Assembly: GCA_040386535.1 (NCBI GenBank)
Contig: JAZKFH010000055.1
Span: forward strand, 64,001 to 128,000
DNA from: Myxococcota bacterium
GTDB lineage: Bacteria; Myxococcota_A; UBA796; SXON01
Direction: 5' to 3'
DNA length: 64,000 bases
Program-made: the position numbers and the translations under genes
The notes under the pieces: generated by a model
What the model saw: only the letters and a program-made list of their open reading frames with translations
What the model was told of the DNA's origin: nothing
Databases searched by the model: none
Shown: positions 29,861 through 38,009 of the stretch, one piece after another
Position numbering within the stretch: position 1 is the first letter of the stretch
Layout of the letters: the number at the start of each line of letters is the position of its first letter

Positions 29861-30730
29861 TCACGCCCACAGCCTCTCCCCCAACCGCGCGGCCAGCGCC
29901 CTCCGCGATGGCGCCACCGAGCGCATCAACCGCTCTCCCGCCCGGCGGCGTGCATCCGGCCGGACCGCACCCCGCTCGGCGAGCCACGCGTCGATGTCCC
30001 AGGCCAGCTGCGCGTGCCGTGTCTCATCCATCGCGATGCGAGCCCAGACAGCGCGGTGAGCGCGGCGACCGCGAGTGGCACGGATGTGCGCCTCCACCGC
30101 GGCCCATGTCTCGTGGACACACCCTTCGACCGCATTGTCGAGTGCCAGGGCGTCGAGGTCGCGGACCGGGCGTCGCTCCACCTCGGGCCGGGGTACGGGG
30201 ATCCCGGCCAGCGCCGCCACCTCCCTCGCGTGACGTGCCTCGTCCCGCGCCGCGGCCAGGCATCGCGCCGCGAGCTCCGGGGGGGCGCCATGGAGCGTCA
30301 GTTCGTGGTGCAGGCGTACGAAGGCGGGGACAGACGCCGCCTCCATGGCCGCCGCCCGGGCGAGACGGCTGCGAGCGCGCGAGGGCTGGAGGCCCGGGGG
30401 ACGTCGGCCGCCCTCGCAATACGTGATGAACGTGCCCTCGCAGGTGAGCGTGAGCCCGGTGCCGGTGTCTGCCGTGTCGCTGGGTACACCCTCGATGGTG
30501 CACGCGGTGGGGTCCTCGATCGCCCCGCGCTCGAAGCTGCATATTTCCCGGCACAACTCCAAGGTCTGCTCGCCTGCTTCCAGCGCGCGCTGATCCAACA
30601 ACCACTGCTGGACCTCCTCGGTCCGCACGGCGTTCGGCTCTGGCTCCGGGCACGACAGGAACAGGCCCGAACATCCCTGGACGCCCGGGACACCAGCAAC
30701 CAGAAACACCGTGGCGATCGAGAGGCGCAT
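29861..30730 (-). CDS. Lipoprotein with Cys-rich N-terminus and ferritin-like (ExxH) domain
   Basis: Signal ending VQGC; GRRPPG, EAASVPAF, DEARH, NAVEGCVHET, DETRHAQLAW. Confidence 0.8.
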   Translation of the reverse strand: MRLSIATVFLVAGVPGVQGCSGLFLSCPEPEPNAVRTEEVQQWLLDQRALEAGEQTLELCREICSFERGAIEDPTACTIEGVPSDTADTGTGLTLTCEGTFITYCEGGRRPPGLQPSRARSRLARAAAMEAASVPAFVRLHHELTLHGAPPELAARCLAAARDEARHAREVAALAGIPVPRPEVERRPVRDLDALALDNAVEGCVHETWAAVEAHIRATRGRRAHRAVWARIAMDETRHAQLAWDIDAWLAERGAVRPDARRRAGERLMRSVAPSRRALAARLGERLWA

Positions 30731-30849
30731 CCACACTCCAACCAGTGGCCTTAGTCTACCCCAGAATCCCGGGATGCCCCTGCAAGATGCCCAGCGCGCT
30801 CGGCCGCGAGAAGCAGGTGGGTTAGCAGGCGCGCGACGGAGACACAGAT

Positions 30850-31578
30850 ATGGACCAGGCGAGACTTTCCTGGATCGCACACCGGTTTCATCGCTTCTGC
30901 TCTCCCATCGATCCGCTGCGACTCGACGAGCTGCTCGCCCACGTCCCTCTCGGCGCGGATGACAGGGTCCTCGACGTTGGCTGCGGCAACGGCGAGATGC
31001 TCGCACACGTGACGCGAGCCGCCGGCGCGCGAGGGCTGGGACTGGAGCGCAGCCCCTTCCTGATTCCGGAGATCCGGCGGCGGATCGACGCGGGGGCCCC
31101 CATGGAGGTCGTTCCGGGAGACGCCCAGGATGCCGAACTCGTTCCGGGCTTCGCACTCGCGATGTGCATCGGCTCCACCCACGCGTGGGGCGGCATTGGC
31201 CCTACGCTGGATCGCTTCGCCGATTTGGTCGCCCCCGGTGGTCACGTCCTCCTCGGCGAACTGTACTGGAAATCGCCGCCCACACAGGCCTTCTTGGAGC
31301 TTCTGGGTGCGCCGCGGGATGCGTTCATGGACCTTGCCTCCACCGCCTGGAGCGGCGAGCGGAGCGGCTTCACGTTCATCCGCGGACAGACGAGCTCGGA
31401 AAGCGAGTGGGACGCCTACGAAGGCCTGTACCACCAATCGATCGACGCCTGGCTCCGAGAGCATCCCGACGATCCCGACCATGCAGAGATGCGTGTACGC
31501 TTCCGCGCCGTTCGTGACCGCTATTGGGGTGGCGGCCGCGACCATCTCGGGTTCGCCCTGCTGCTCTACAGACGCTGA
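30850..31578 (+). CDS. Class I SAM-dependent methyltransferase
   Basis: VLDVGCGNGE motif I, CIGSTHAWG, APGGHVLLGE, SEWDAYE. Confidence 0.88.
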   Translation: MDQARLSWIAHRFHRFCSPIDPLRLDELLAHVPLGADDRVLDVGCGNGEMLAHVTRAAGARGLGLERSPFLIPEIRRRIDAGAPMEVVPGDAQDAELVPGFALAMCIGSTHAWGGIGPTLDRFADLVAPGGHVLLGELYWKSPPTQAFLELLGAPRDAFMDLASTAWSGERSGFTFIRGQTSSESEWDAYEGLYHQSIDAWLREHPDDPDHAEMRVRFRAVRDRYWGGGRDHLGFALLLYRR

Positions 31579-31641
31579 GGCACTCGCTCTCCGCCGGCAT
31601 TCGTGTACCGTAGGTCTGCCGCATGCACGGCGGAGGTCCCG

Positions 31642-32151
31642 TTGAAACGCGCGCTGAAGATCCTGGGTGTCCTGTGGGCCGTGGGCCTCGTCGGTTGGGC
31701 CGTCGCCGCGGCGCAGGGCTGGGTGGGGGCCGAGGCGAGCAAGGAGCTCACGCGCTCGGAGGACACCGGCGACCGGCCCCTGCTCCGCGCGACGAAGAGC
31801 GACGCGGGCGAGAGCGTCGTCGTCGAGAAGGAACGCCGCAAAAAGGCTCGCCTCCAGCGGGAGCGCCGCGAAGCCGAGGCGCTCCAGAAGCTCGCCGAGC
31901 CGGCTCCCACGACGGAGGGCGCGGCGCCGCTGCTCCCCGCCACCAAGTCCGCCGCGGTTCCTCCCCGCCCCGAGCAGGACCAACCCGCGCTGCTCCCCAG
32001 CACCAAGTCCAGCATGCTGGACGGGATCGGCGGGCTCCGTCCGGCCAGGGGCACCCAGATCGGGTCAGGCGGCCTCGGCGCCCGCGGGAGCGGGCTCGGC
32101 GAGACCGAACCCCAAACGCAAGACCAGCAGCAAGAGGCGAAGGAGCGGTGA
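31642..32151 (+). CDS. Hypothetical membrane-anchored protein
   Basis: TTG start after GGAGG; N-terminal TM, charged helix, Gly-rich tail; GTGA overlap with the next gene. Confidence 0.55.
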   Translation: MKRALKILGVLWAVGLVGWAVAAAQGWVGAEASKELTRSEDTGDRPLLRATKSDAGESVVVEKERRKKARLQRERREAEALQKLAEPAPTTEGAAPLLPATKSAAVPPRPEQDQPALLPSTKSSMLDGIGGLRPARGTQIGSGGLGARGSGLGETEPQTQDQQQEAKER

Positions 32152-32918
32152 TCGACCTGCTCGGCGCGGTGCTCCTCCACCTCGTGTGGGTGGCCGCGGT
32201 CTTCACCCCCCTGGAGCGCATGTGGCCGGCCCGCGGGGAGCCCGCCGGTTTGCGTCCGGCGTGGCGCACGGACCTCGTGTTCTACGCCGCGCAGGGCCTC
32301 CTGTTCACGCCCGCCGTCGCGTGGGTGATCCACACCGCCGCCGCCCCGCTCAGGAACGCTGCGATCCTCGCGCCCGCGCAGGCCGCGTTCGTGACGCTGC
32401 CCGTGTTCTTCCAGGTGGTCGTAGTGCTCGTCGGCGCCGACCTCTTCGCGTACTGGGGCCACCGGGCGCAGCACGCGTGGGAGCCGCTCTGGCGCTTCCA
32501 CGCGATCCACCACACCGCCGAGCATGTCGACTGGCTGGCCGCTTACCGCGAGCACCCAGGCGACACGCTCTACACCCAGGCGCTCGTCAACGTGCCCGTG
32601 CTGCTCCTGGGCTTCGATCTGCGCGCCTGGCTCGGGCTCGTCGTGCTGCGCGGCTCCTGGGCGATCCTCGTCCACAGCGACGTGCGGCTGCCGCTCGGCC
32701 CGCTCCGCTGGATCTTCGGCGCGCCGGAGTTCCACCGCGCCCACCACGACCGCGATCGGCACGTGGGGCACTACGCCAACCTCGCGCCCTGGCTGGACGT
32801 GCTCTTCGGCACCCACGGCCCCGTCGGCGAGCCCGCGCGGTTCGGGGTGAACGAGCCCTACCCGCGGAGCTGGGTCGGCATGATGGTGTGGCCGTTCCGG
32901 ACGCGCCGGCGCGCCTGA
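32148..32918 (+). CDS. Sterol desaturase/fatty-acid hydroxylase family protein
   Basis: His boxes YWGHRAQH, FHAIHH, HSD, FHRAHH; NLAPWLDVLFGT. Confidence 0.88.
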   Translation: MIDLLGAVLLHLVWVAAVFTPLERMWPARGEPAGLRPAWRTDLVFYAAQGLLFTPAVAWVIHTAAAPLRNAAILAPAQAAFVTLPVFFQVVVVLVGADLFAYWGHRAQHAWEPLWRFHAIHHTAEHVDWLAAYREHPGDTLYTQALVNVPVLLLGFDLRAWLGLVVLRGSWAILVHSDVRLPLGPLRWIFGAPEFHRAHHDRDRHVGHYANLAPWLDVLFGTHGPVGEPARFGVNEPYPRSWVGMMVWPFRTRRRA

Positions 32919-33076
32919 GGGCCCGCTCCTCAATAATGTCCGCATTCGGCCGCCCCTGGGCTCGCGTCCGCGGCGTCGCTCGTCGGTCACATGCCTACGG
33001 GCATGCTCCCTCCTCGCTCCTTGCGGCCGCGGCCCAGGGTCGCCCTCGGTGCTGGACATTGTTTCCGGGCGGACCC
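32919..33076. mobile_element. MITE-like palindromic element with ERIC-like core, flanked by TGA duplication
   Basis: Ends GGGCCCGC / GCGGACCC, TGA on both sides (left TGA is the desaturase stop); nested arms AATGTCC/GGACATT and CCCTGGGC/GCCCAGGG; core CGGTCAC-ATGCCTACGGGCAT-GCTCCCT. Confidence 0.65.
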
Positions 33077-33108
33077 TGAGCCGCCGCCCGTCTGCGTTAT
33101 CCCACCCC

Positions 33109-33603
33109 ATGGTTGGCCTTTGGATAGGACTCTCCGCCCGCGCAACCGAGGACACGATCCAACGCCACCTCATGCGTTGGTTCCCGCGGGTGGAGATCAT
33201 GACCCGTGGCATCGCCGACGCATCGAAGCGCGCCCGTTGGCCATCGATCGTCTTCGAGGTGGATCACAGTCCTAAGGTCGAAGACTTCCCCTACGTGGTC
33301 GACTTCGCCTGCTTCCCCGGACCGGACGATCAGGCCGTTCTCGCCGGGCTCGTCCTCGCGAGGCGCCTCTCTTCTGTCCTGCGATGCAGGGCCATCAGTG
33401 ACGGGAGCCGCATGGGAGACAACGAGAGCCCCTATTGGAGCATCATCTGGGAGCGCCGCCAAGCCTTCCTCGCCTACGATCTCGACACCGTCTTCGCGGA
33501 TGGTGAGGGTGGACAAGTGCTTGTCGTCCGCCCGATAACTCCCCCGGCCGCCGAGCTGAACGAGCACGCCGCCGTCGTTCGCCGGGCTCCGGTCCTGCCG
33601 TAG
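33109..33603 (+). CDS. Hypothetical protein (lower GC orphan)
   Basis: Globular-looking ORF with codon usage unlike the flanks; no recognised domain. Confidence 0.55.
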   Translation: MVGLWIGLSARATEDTIQRHLMRWFPRVEIMTRGIADASKRARWPSIVFEVDHSPKVEDFPYVVDFACFPGPDDQAVLAGLVLARRLSSVLRCRAISDGSRMGDNESPYWSIIWERRQAFLAYDLDTVFADGEGGQVLVVRPITPPAAELNEHAAVVRRAPVLP

Positions 33604-33703
33604 ATCCTCACCCCCGTGCCCGAAATACGCGCTCACGCGCTCGGGCGCCCCCAACGCGCCAACCCACCCACCCCGTGTGTGAACGCGCCCACCCGCGCCA
33701 GAA

Positions 33704-34270
33704 TCAGAACGAGATTGCCACCTCCTCGACCGCGAGGCCGTAGGACGGGTCGAGCACCTCGGCACCAGCGCCGAAGCCGCTGACCTCGACGAACACGAGG
33801 TCCGCCGCGAGCTCGTCGCCCGGGCTGTCGGTGCGCTGAAACCACCCTGCGCCGTCCACGGCCACCCAGAACGACGTCGCGGCGGCGCCGCTGGGATCGC
33901 CGCGCGCGAGCACCACGGCAAAGTCGACCGGCAGCAGGCGGACGCCCGCGGCGTCGGTCACGAGCGTGGCGAGCAGGGGCCACGTCGCGACCGCGTCCGT
34001 GAACGCCGGGGGCATGTCGACGTCCCAGGCCTGGGCCGTGCGCGCGCCGTCGGGGTCGAGCGTCAGGTCGAAGCTCGGGCTCCCCATCTCGTAGGCGACC
34101 CCGGCGACCAGCGCGAGGCCGGCGGTCGTATCGACGGCCCAGCCCGCCGCGACGCCGTTCCATTCGTCGAAGCCGCCGAAGTCGGCGGGCGCCAGCTCGA
34201 TCGTCTCCCGGACGGTCAGGGGTTCGGGGGTGGGCTCGGGCTCACAGGCGAGGAGGGAGAGCAGCAGCAT
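33704..34270 (-). CDS. Hypothetical lipoprotein
   Basis: MLLLSLLAC lipobox; host-like codon usage. Confidence 0.7.
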   Translation of the reverse strand: MLLLSLLACEPEPTPEPLTVRETIELAPADFGGFDEWNGVAAGWAVDTTAGLALVAGVAYEMGSPSFDLTLDPDGARTAQAWDVDMPPAFTDAVATWPLLATLVTDAAGVRLLPVDFAVVLARGDPSGAAATSFWVAVDGAGWFQRTDSPGDELAADLVFVEVSGFGAGAEVLDPSYGLAVEEVAISF

Positions 34271-34451
34271 GGCAACAGAGTAAGCAAGGCGCGGGCCAGG
34301 GGGGCTCGCCCGCTCGCGGGGGTGCCACTCTACACACCCAACCCGCCCCCGCCACCCCCCATCGTGTCAATCCCCTGCCAACCCGCGTCCGCGCCCCCCA
34401 TGTCCCGCGCCGGCCACGGTTGGTAACTATTCCTCTCGTGGGGGGAAGAAA

Positions 34452-36656
34452 ATGTCGAGATCCAGTCGGTCCGTCTCTCTGTTCGCGTCGTCGCTCCTGA
34501 TCTATGGGCTCGTGCCGGCCGCCCATGCCAGCACCGTCGAGGTGCTCTCCACACCCGCGTTCCTCGAGCCCACCACCGGCAAGACGCCGGGGGACAAGGA
34601 TGGTTGCCCGCCGGTGTCGTCCAACGCCGATCCCGAGGAGGGCACGCTCCACGCGCGGATCGTGGTCACGGCGACGATCATCGATCCCAACGTGCTCGTC
34701 GTAGACACCAACAACCCCGGAACCGACAGCATCGACGACCTCACGCTCGACGATCCCACCACGGGCACGGCGAGCACCGCGGGGGTGGTGCGTGATCTCG
34801 ACTACCTCGACGGGCTGGACGACGGGCAGCTCGCGCCCGGCACGTACGACGTGTACTTCAACCTAGACAAGACGGACTACGTGCAGGGCGCGACCCCGAC
34901 CACGTCGACCAACTGCGCGGGCCGCTCCTTCACCAACGACCGCGAGAAGTACACCCTGACCCTCCGGTCGGGCACCACCGCGGTGGCGGGCGCCACCGAC
35001 GACCTGACCGTGGTGATGTTGGGGAGCGCGGGCGTCAAGCAGAACGATCTCGACTGGCTCGACACCGCGCCCGACTCGATCGGCCTCGCGCCCGGCGGGG
35101 AGTTCTGCATCCGGTCCAAGTACCGCCAGTCGAGCGCCCAGGGCCTGTTCGAGCTCATCGGCAACGCGTTCTACAACGCCAACGTCCTCCGGCTCGACCA
35201 CGTCAACCTGTTCTACTACGACACCAACGGCGCGGACCCGGGCTCCATCGCGACCGGCATCCCCGGTGTCACCGCGCCGGGTGTCACCCCCGAGGACACC
35301 TTCTTCGACCAGGTGTACTTCGACGCCGCGGCGCTGGACAGCCTCGGCAACGGCGGGGACGACCTCTCGAGCGGCGATCACTGGGTGAGCGAGTTCTGCT
35401 TCACCGTGGTGGGCTCCGGCAGCACGTTCTTCTCGCCGTACTGGGTCACGCGCGCCTCCTCCACCAGCAACTACAAGGTCGACTCCGGCTTCGGCGAGGC
35501 GGTGGTCCTCAACCCCGCCTCACTCACGATCCTCAAGGAGTGTGACCCCGCCGAAGCCGTCGTGGCGGGCGCCGAGACCATGCTCACCCACAGCCTGACC
35601 GTGTGTAACGAGGGCGCCGGCGACGCCGCGGACGTCATCGTCGTGGACACGCTCCCGGTCGAAGAGGTGGAGTGTGTGTCCGCCGAGTCGGGCGACGCGA
35701 CGATCCCCGACGGGGTGTGTGACAACGTCGCCCACACCGTGACGTGGGAGATTGGGACCCTCGCGGCCGGCGAGTGTGTCGACCTGCCCTTCGTGGTGGC
35801 CGTCACGGCGGATGGCGACCCCAACCCCGCCCTCACGAACGACGGCGCCACGGCGAGCGGCGTGGGCGCCGAGACCGGGACCGAGGTGAGCGCCGACACC
35901 GCCGAGACCTGCCCCTACGACGTGCTGGTGCCGAGCTTCACCGTGGACAAGGAGGCCAACGCGGAGGTGTTCTCCCCGGGCGAAACGGTCACCTACTCGA
36001 TCACCGTGACCAACACGGGCACGGTCGACCTCGAGAACCTCGCCGTGAGCGACGATGTCGACGAGGCGAGCTTCCAGGAGTTCGGCGCCATCAGCGACGG
36101 CGGCGTGTTCGCGGCGGGTCTCATCACCTGGACCGTCCCGTCGCTGCTCGCGGGCGAGTCGATCGTGCTCACCTACGACGCGGTCCTGCTGGCCGCGGGC
36201 GCCTTCGATCCGGCCGACTGTGTCGGCACGTTCAACGACGTGCTCAACAACGTGACCGTGGAGAGCGACTTCGGCATCGAGGAGGACAGCGAGACGATTT
36301 GTGTCGCCGCCGCCCCGCTCCTCACGATCACCAAGGTCGCCAACGGGACGACCCCGGTGGAGGTCACCGTGGCGAACAGCGCGTCCGCGGACAGCGCCGA
36401 GACGGCCCCCGTGCAGGCCAGCGCCGAGGCCGTGACCGCGGTGGGGGCGACGGACGTGGCGTACACGATCACCGTCAGCAACACCGGCGACGCCGCGGCG
36501 AGCGCCGTGGTCGTCCAGGACGTGCTCCAGAGCGTGACGTTCCAGAGCGCCACGCCCGCCCCGAGCACCCAGGTGGCCGGCACCCTCACGTGGCAGATCG
36601 GCACGCTCGGCGTCGGCGCCTCCGCCGAAATCGACCTGACCGTGCGCGCGGAGTAG
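34452..36656 (+). CDS. Secreted protein with three DUF11 (Ig-like) domains
   Basis: Signal peptide (AAHA); repeats LTIxK...TYxITVxNxG...VxDxL...TWxIGTLxxG. Confidence 0.85.
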   Translation: MSRSSRSVSLFASSLLIYGLVPAAHASTVEVLSTPAFLEPTTGKTPGDKDGCPPVSSNADPEEGTLHARIVVTATIIDPNVLVVDTNNPGTDSIDDLTLDDPTTGTASTAGVVRDLDYLDGLDDGQLAPGTYDVYFNLDKTDYVQGATPTTSTNCAGRSFTNDREKYTLTLRSGTTAVAGATDDLTVVMLGSAGVKQNDLDWLDTAPDSIGLAPGGEFCIRSKYRQSSAQGLFELIGNAFYNANVLRLDHVNLFYYDTNGADPGSIATGIPGVTAPGVTPEDTFFDQVYFDAAALDSLGNGGDDLSSGDHWVSEFCFTVVGSGSTFFSPYWVTRASSTSNYKVDSGFGEAVVLNPASLTILKECDPAEAVVAGAETMLTHSLTVCNEGAGDAADVIVVDTLPVEEVECVSAESGDATIPDGVCDNVAHTVTWEIGTLAAGECVDLPFVVAVTADGDPNPALTNDGATASGVGAETGTEVSADTAETCPYDVLVPSFTVDKEANAEVFSPGETVTYSITVTNTGTVDLENLAVSDDVDEASFQEFGAISDGGVFAAGLITWTVPSLLAGESIVLTYDAVLLAAGAFDPADCVGTFNDVLNNVTVESDFGIEEDSETICVAAAPLLTITKVANGTTPVEVTVANSASADSAETAPVQASAEAVTAVGATDVAYTITVSNTGDAAASAVVVQDVLQSVTFQSATPAPSTQVAGTLTWQIGTLGVGASAEIDLTVRAE

Positions 36657-36696
36657 CACGAGCGAATCCGCGCACCGTGACGTACCCGAGCGGGGT

Positions 36697-36713
36697 GTGA
36701 CCGAGACGGTCAC
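36697..36713. promoter_or_regulatory. Palindrome, candidate enhancer-binding-protein site
   Basis: GTGACCG-AGA-CGGTCAC about 65 bp upstream of the sigma54 -24 box. Confidence 0.4.
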
Positions 36714-36778
36714 GGATCACGCCCCGCCTCGGAACGGAGACGCGAGTCCTTTCGAGTCTTTGACAGCCACCCGGCCCC

Positions 36779-36794
36779 TGGCACGCGCCTTGCT
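36779..36794 (+). promoter_or_regulatory. Sigma54 (-24/-12) promoter
   Basis: TGGCAC-GCGCC-TTGCT matches TGGCAC-N5-TTGC(W), about 25 bp before the tolC-like start. Confidence 0.8.
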
Positions 36795-36818
36795 CCCGAG
36801 GTCGCCGGGAGGTCGCCG

Positions 36819-38009
36819 ATGTCTTTGCCGAGGTCTTCGCCGCGGCGGAGGTTGTTCATCGCGAGTCTGCTCGTGCTCGGGTGGACCCCCGCGTTCGCCT
36901 CCGCCGAGACGCTCGACTTCGAGGCGGCGGTCCGCGCGGCGGTCGACCAGGGTGCCGACGCTCGCATCGTCTCCGCCGAAGCCGATCGCGCGCGCGCCGA
37001 GGCCCGCGGGTACGCCGCGTGGCAGGGCAACCCGGAGCTCGACGTCGAGCACCTCCCCGGCGAGACCACCCTCTCGGTGACCGTGCTCGTCGAGCTCGCC
37101 GGCCAGCCAATCGTGCGGGCGAGCGCCGCGCGCCGCTCCCGCGAGGCCACCGACCTGCGCGCCGAGGCCGGGCGGGCTGCCGTCGGCGCCGCCGCGGGCG
37201 CCAGCTACCTCGACGCGGTGCGGGCCCACGAACAGGCGGAACTCGCCGGCGCGGCCGAGGCCCTCGCGACCCGCCTCCGCGACGCCGCCGTGCGCCGCGC
37301 CGAGAGCGGGGACATCTCCCGCGTCGAGTCGGCGCTGCTTCAGGCAGAGGGCGCCCGCGCGCTCGACACGGTGTTGTCGCTCCAGCGGGACGCCGAGGCC
37401 GCCCTCCGTCGCCTCGGCGTGTTGACCGGCCAGGACGCCGCGCCCGCGGTGGGCGGGTGGCCCACGCTCCCGGAGCCGCCGTCGGTCGAGCCCGCCGAGC
37501 TCCCCACCATCGTCGCCGCGGGGTTGGAGACGCGCGCGGCCCTCGCCCGCCTGACCGCGGAGAGGCTCGATCGGGTGCCCGACCTGCACCTGCGCGGCGG
37601 GTGGTCGTTCGGGGAGCACGTGGGCCCCGTGTACGGCGCCGCCATCGAGATCCCGCTCTTCGCGCCCGGCGCTGCCAAGGTCCGGGTCGCGCGGGCGGAG
37701 GCCGACATCGCCGACGCGCAAGCTTCCCGCGAGGTCCTCGACGTGCGCGCCTCGATCGCGGACGCGCGCGCCGAGCTCGCGATCGCCGAGCGGGTGTCCG
37801 CCGCGTGGGACATTCCCGGGCTCGACGCCGCGCTCGACGCCGCTGGGCGCCGCTACGAGGTCGGCGAGGCCTCGCTCACCACCTTCGTCGCCGAGCGGGA
37901 CCTGGCCCTCGCCGCGCTCGGCGGCGCCATCGACGCCCGCTGGCGCCTGGAGCGCGCCCGGCTCGCGCTCTGGGAGCTCGCCGGGCAGTTGCCGTTGGAG
38001 GAACGTTGA
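36819..38009 (+). CDS. TolC/CzcC-family outer-membrane efflux protein
   Basis: Signal peptide, NPEL, EIPLF, YEVGEASL; first gene of the RND operon. Confidence 0.85.
   Translation: MSLPRSSPRRRLFIASLLVLGWTPAFASAETLDFEAAVRAAVDQGADARIVSAEADRARAEARGYAAWQGNPELDVEHLPGETTLSVTVLVELAGQPIVRASAARRSREATDLRAEAGRAAVGAAAGASYLDAVRAHEQAELAGAAEALATRLRDAAVRRAESGDISRVESALLQAEGARALDTVLSLQRDAEAALRRLGVLTGQDAAPAVGGWPTLPEPPSVEPAELPTIVAAGLETRAALARLTAERLDRVPDLHLRGGWSFGEHVGPVYGAAIEIPLFAPGAAKVRVARAEADIADAQASREVLDVRASIADARAELAIAERVSAAWDIPGLDAALDAAGRRYEVGEASLTTFVAERDLALAALGGAIDARWRLERARLALWELAGQLPLEER

Noticed and set aside
26770..33110. Integron cassette array (GTT motifs shortly before several orphan ORFs; GCCCAAC after the stop at 28794)
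   Set aside because: The only R''/R' pair (28794 to about 29210) spans about 415 bp with poor L-box pairing; the other ORFs lack RYYYAAC after their stops; no integrase seen. IntegronFinder would settle it.
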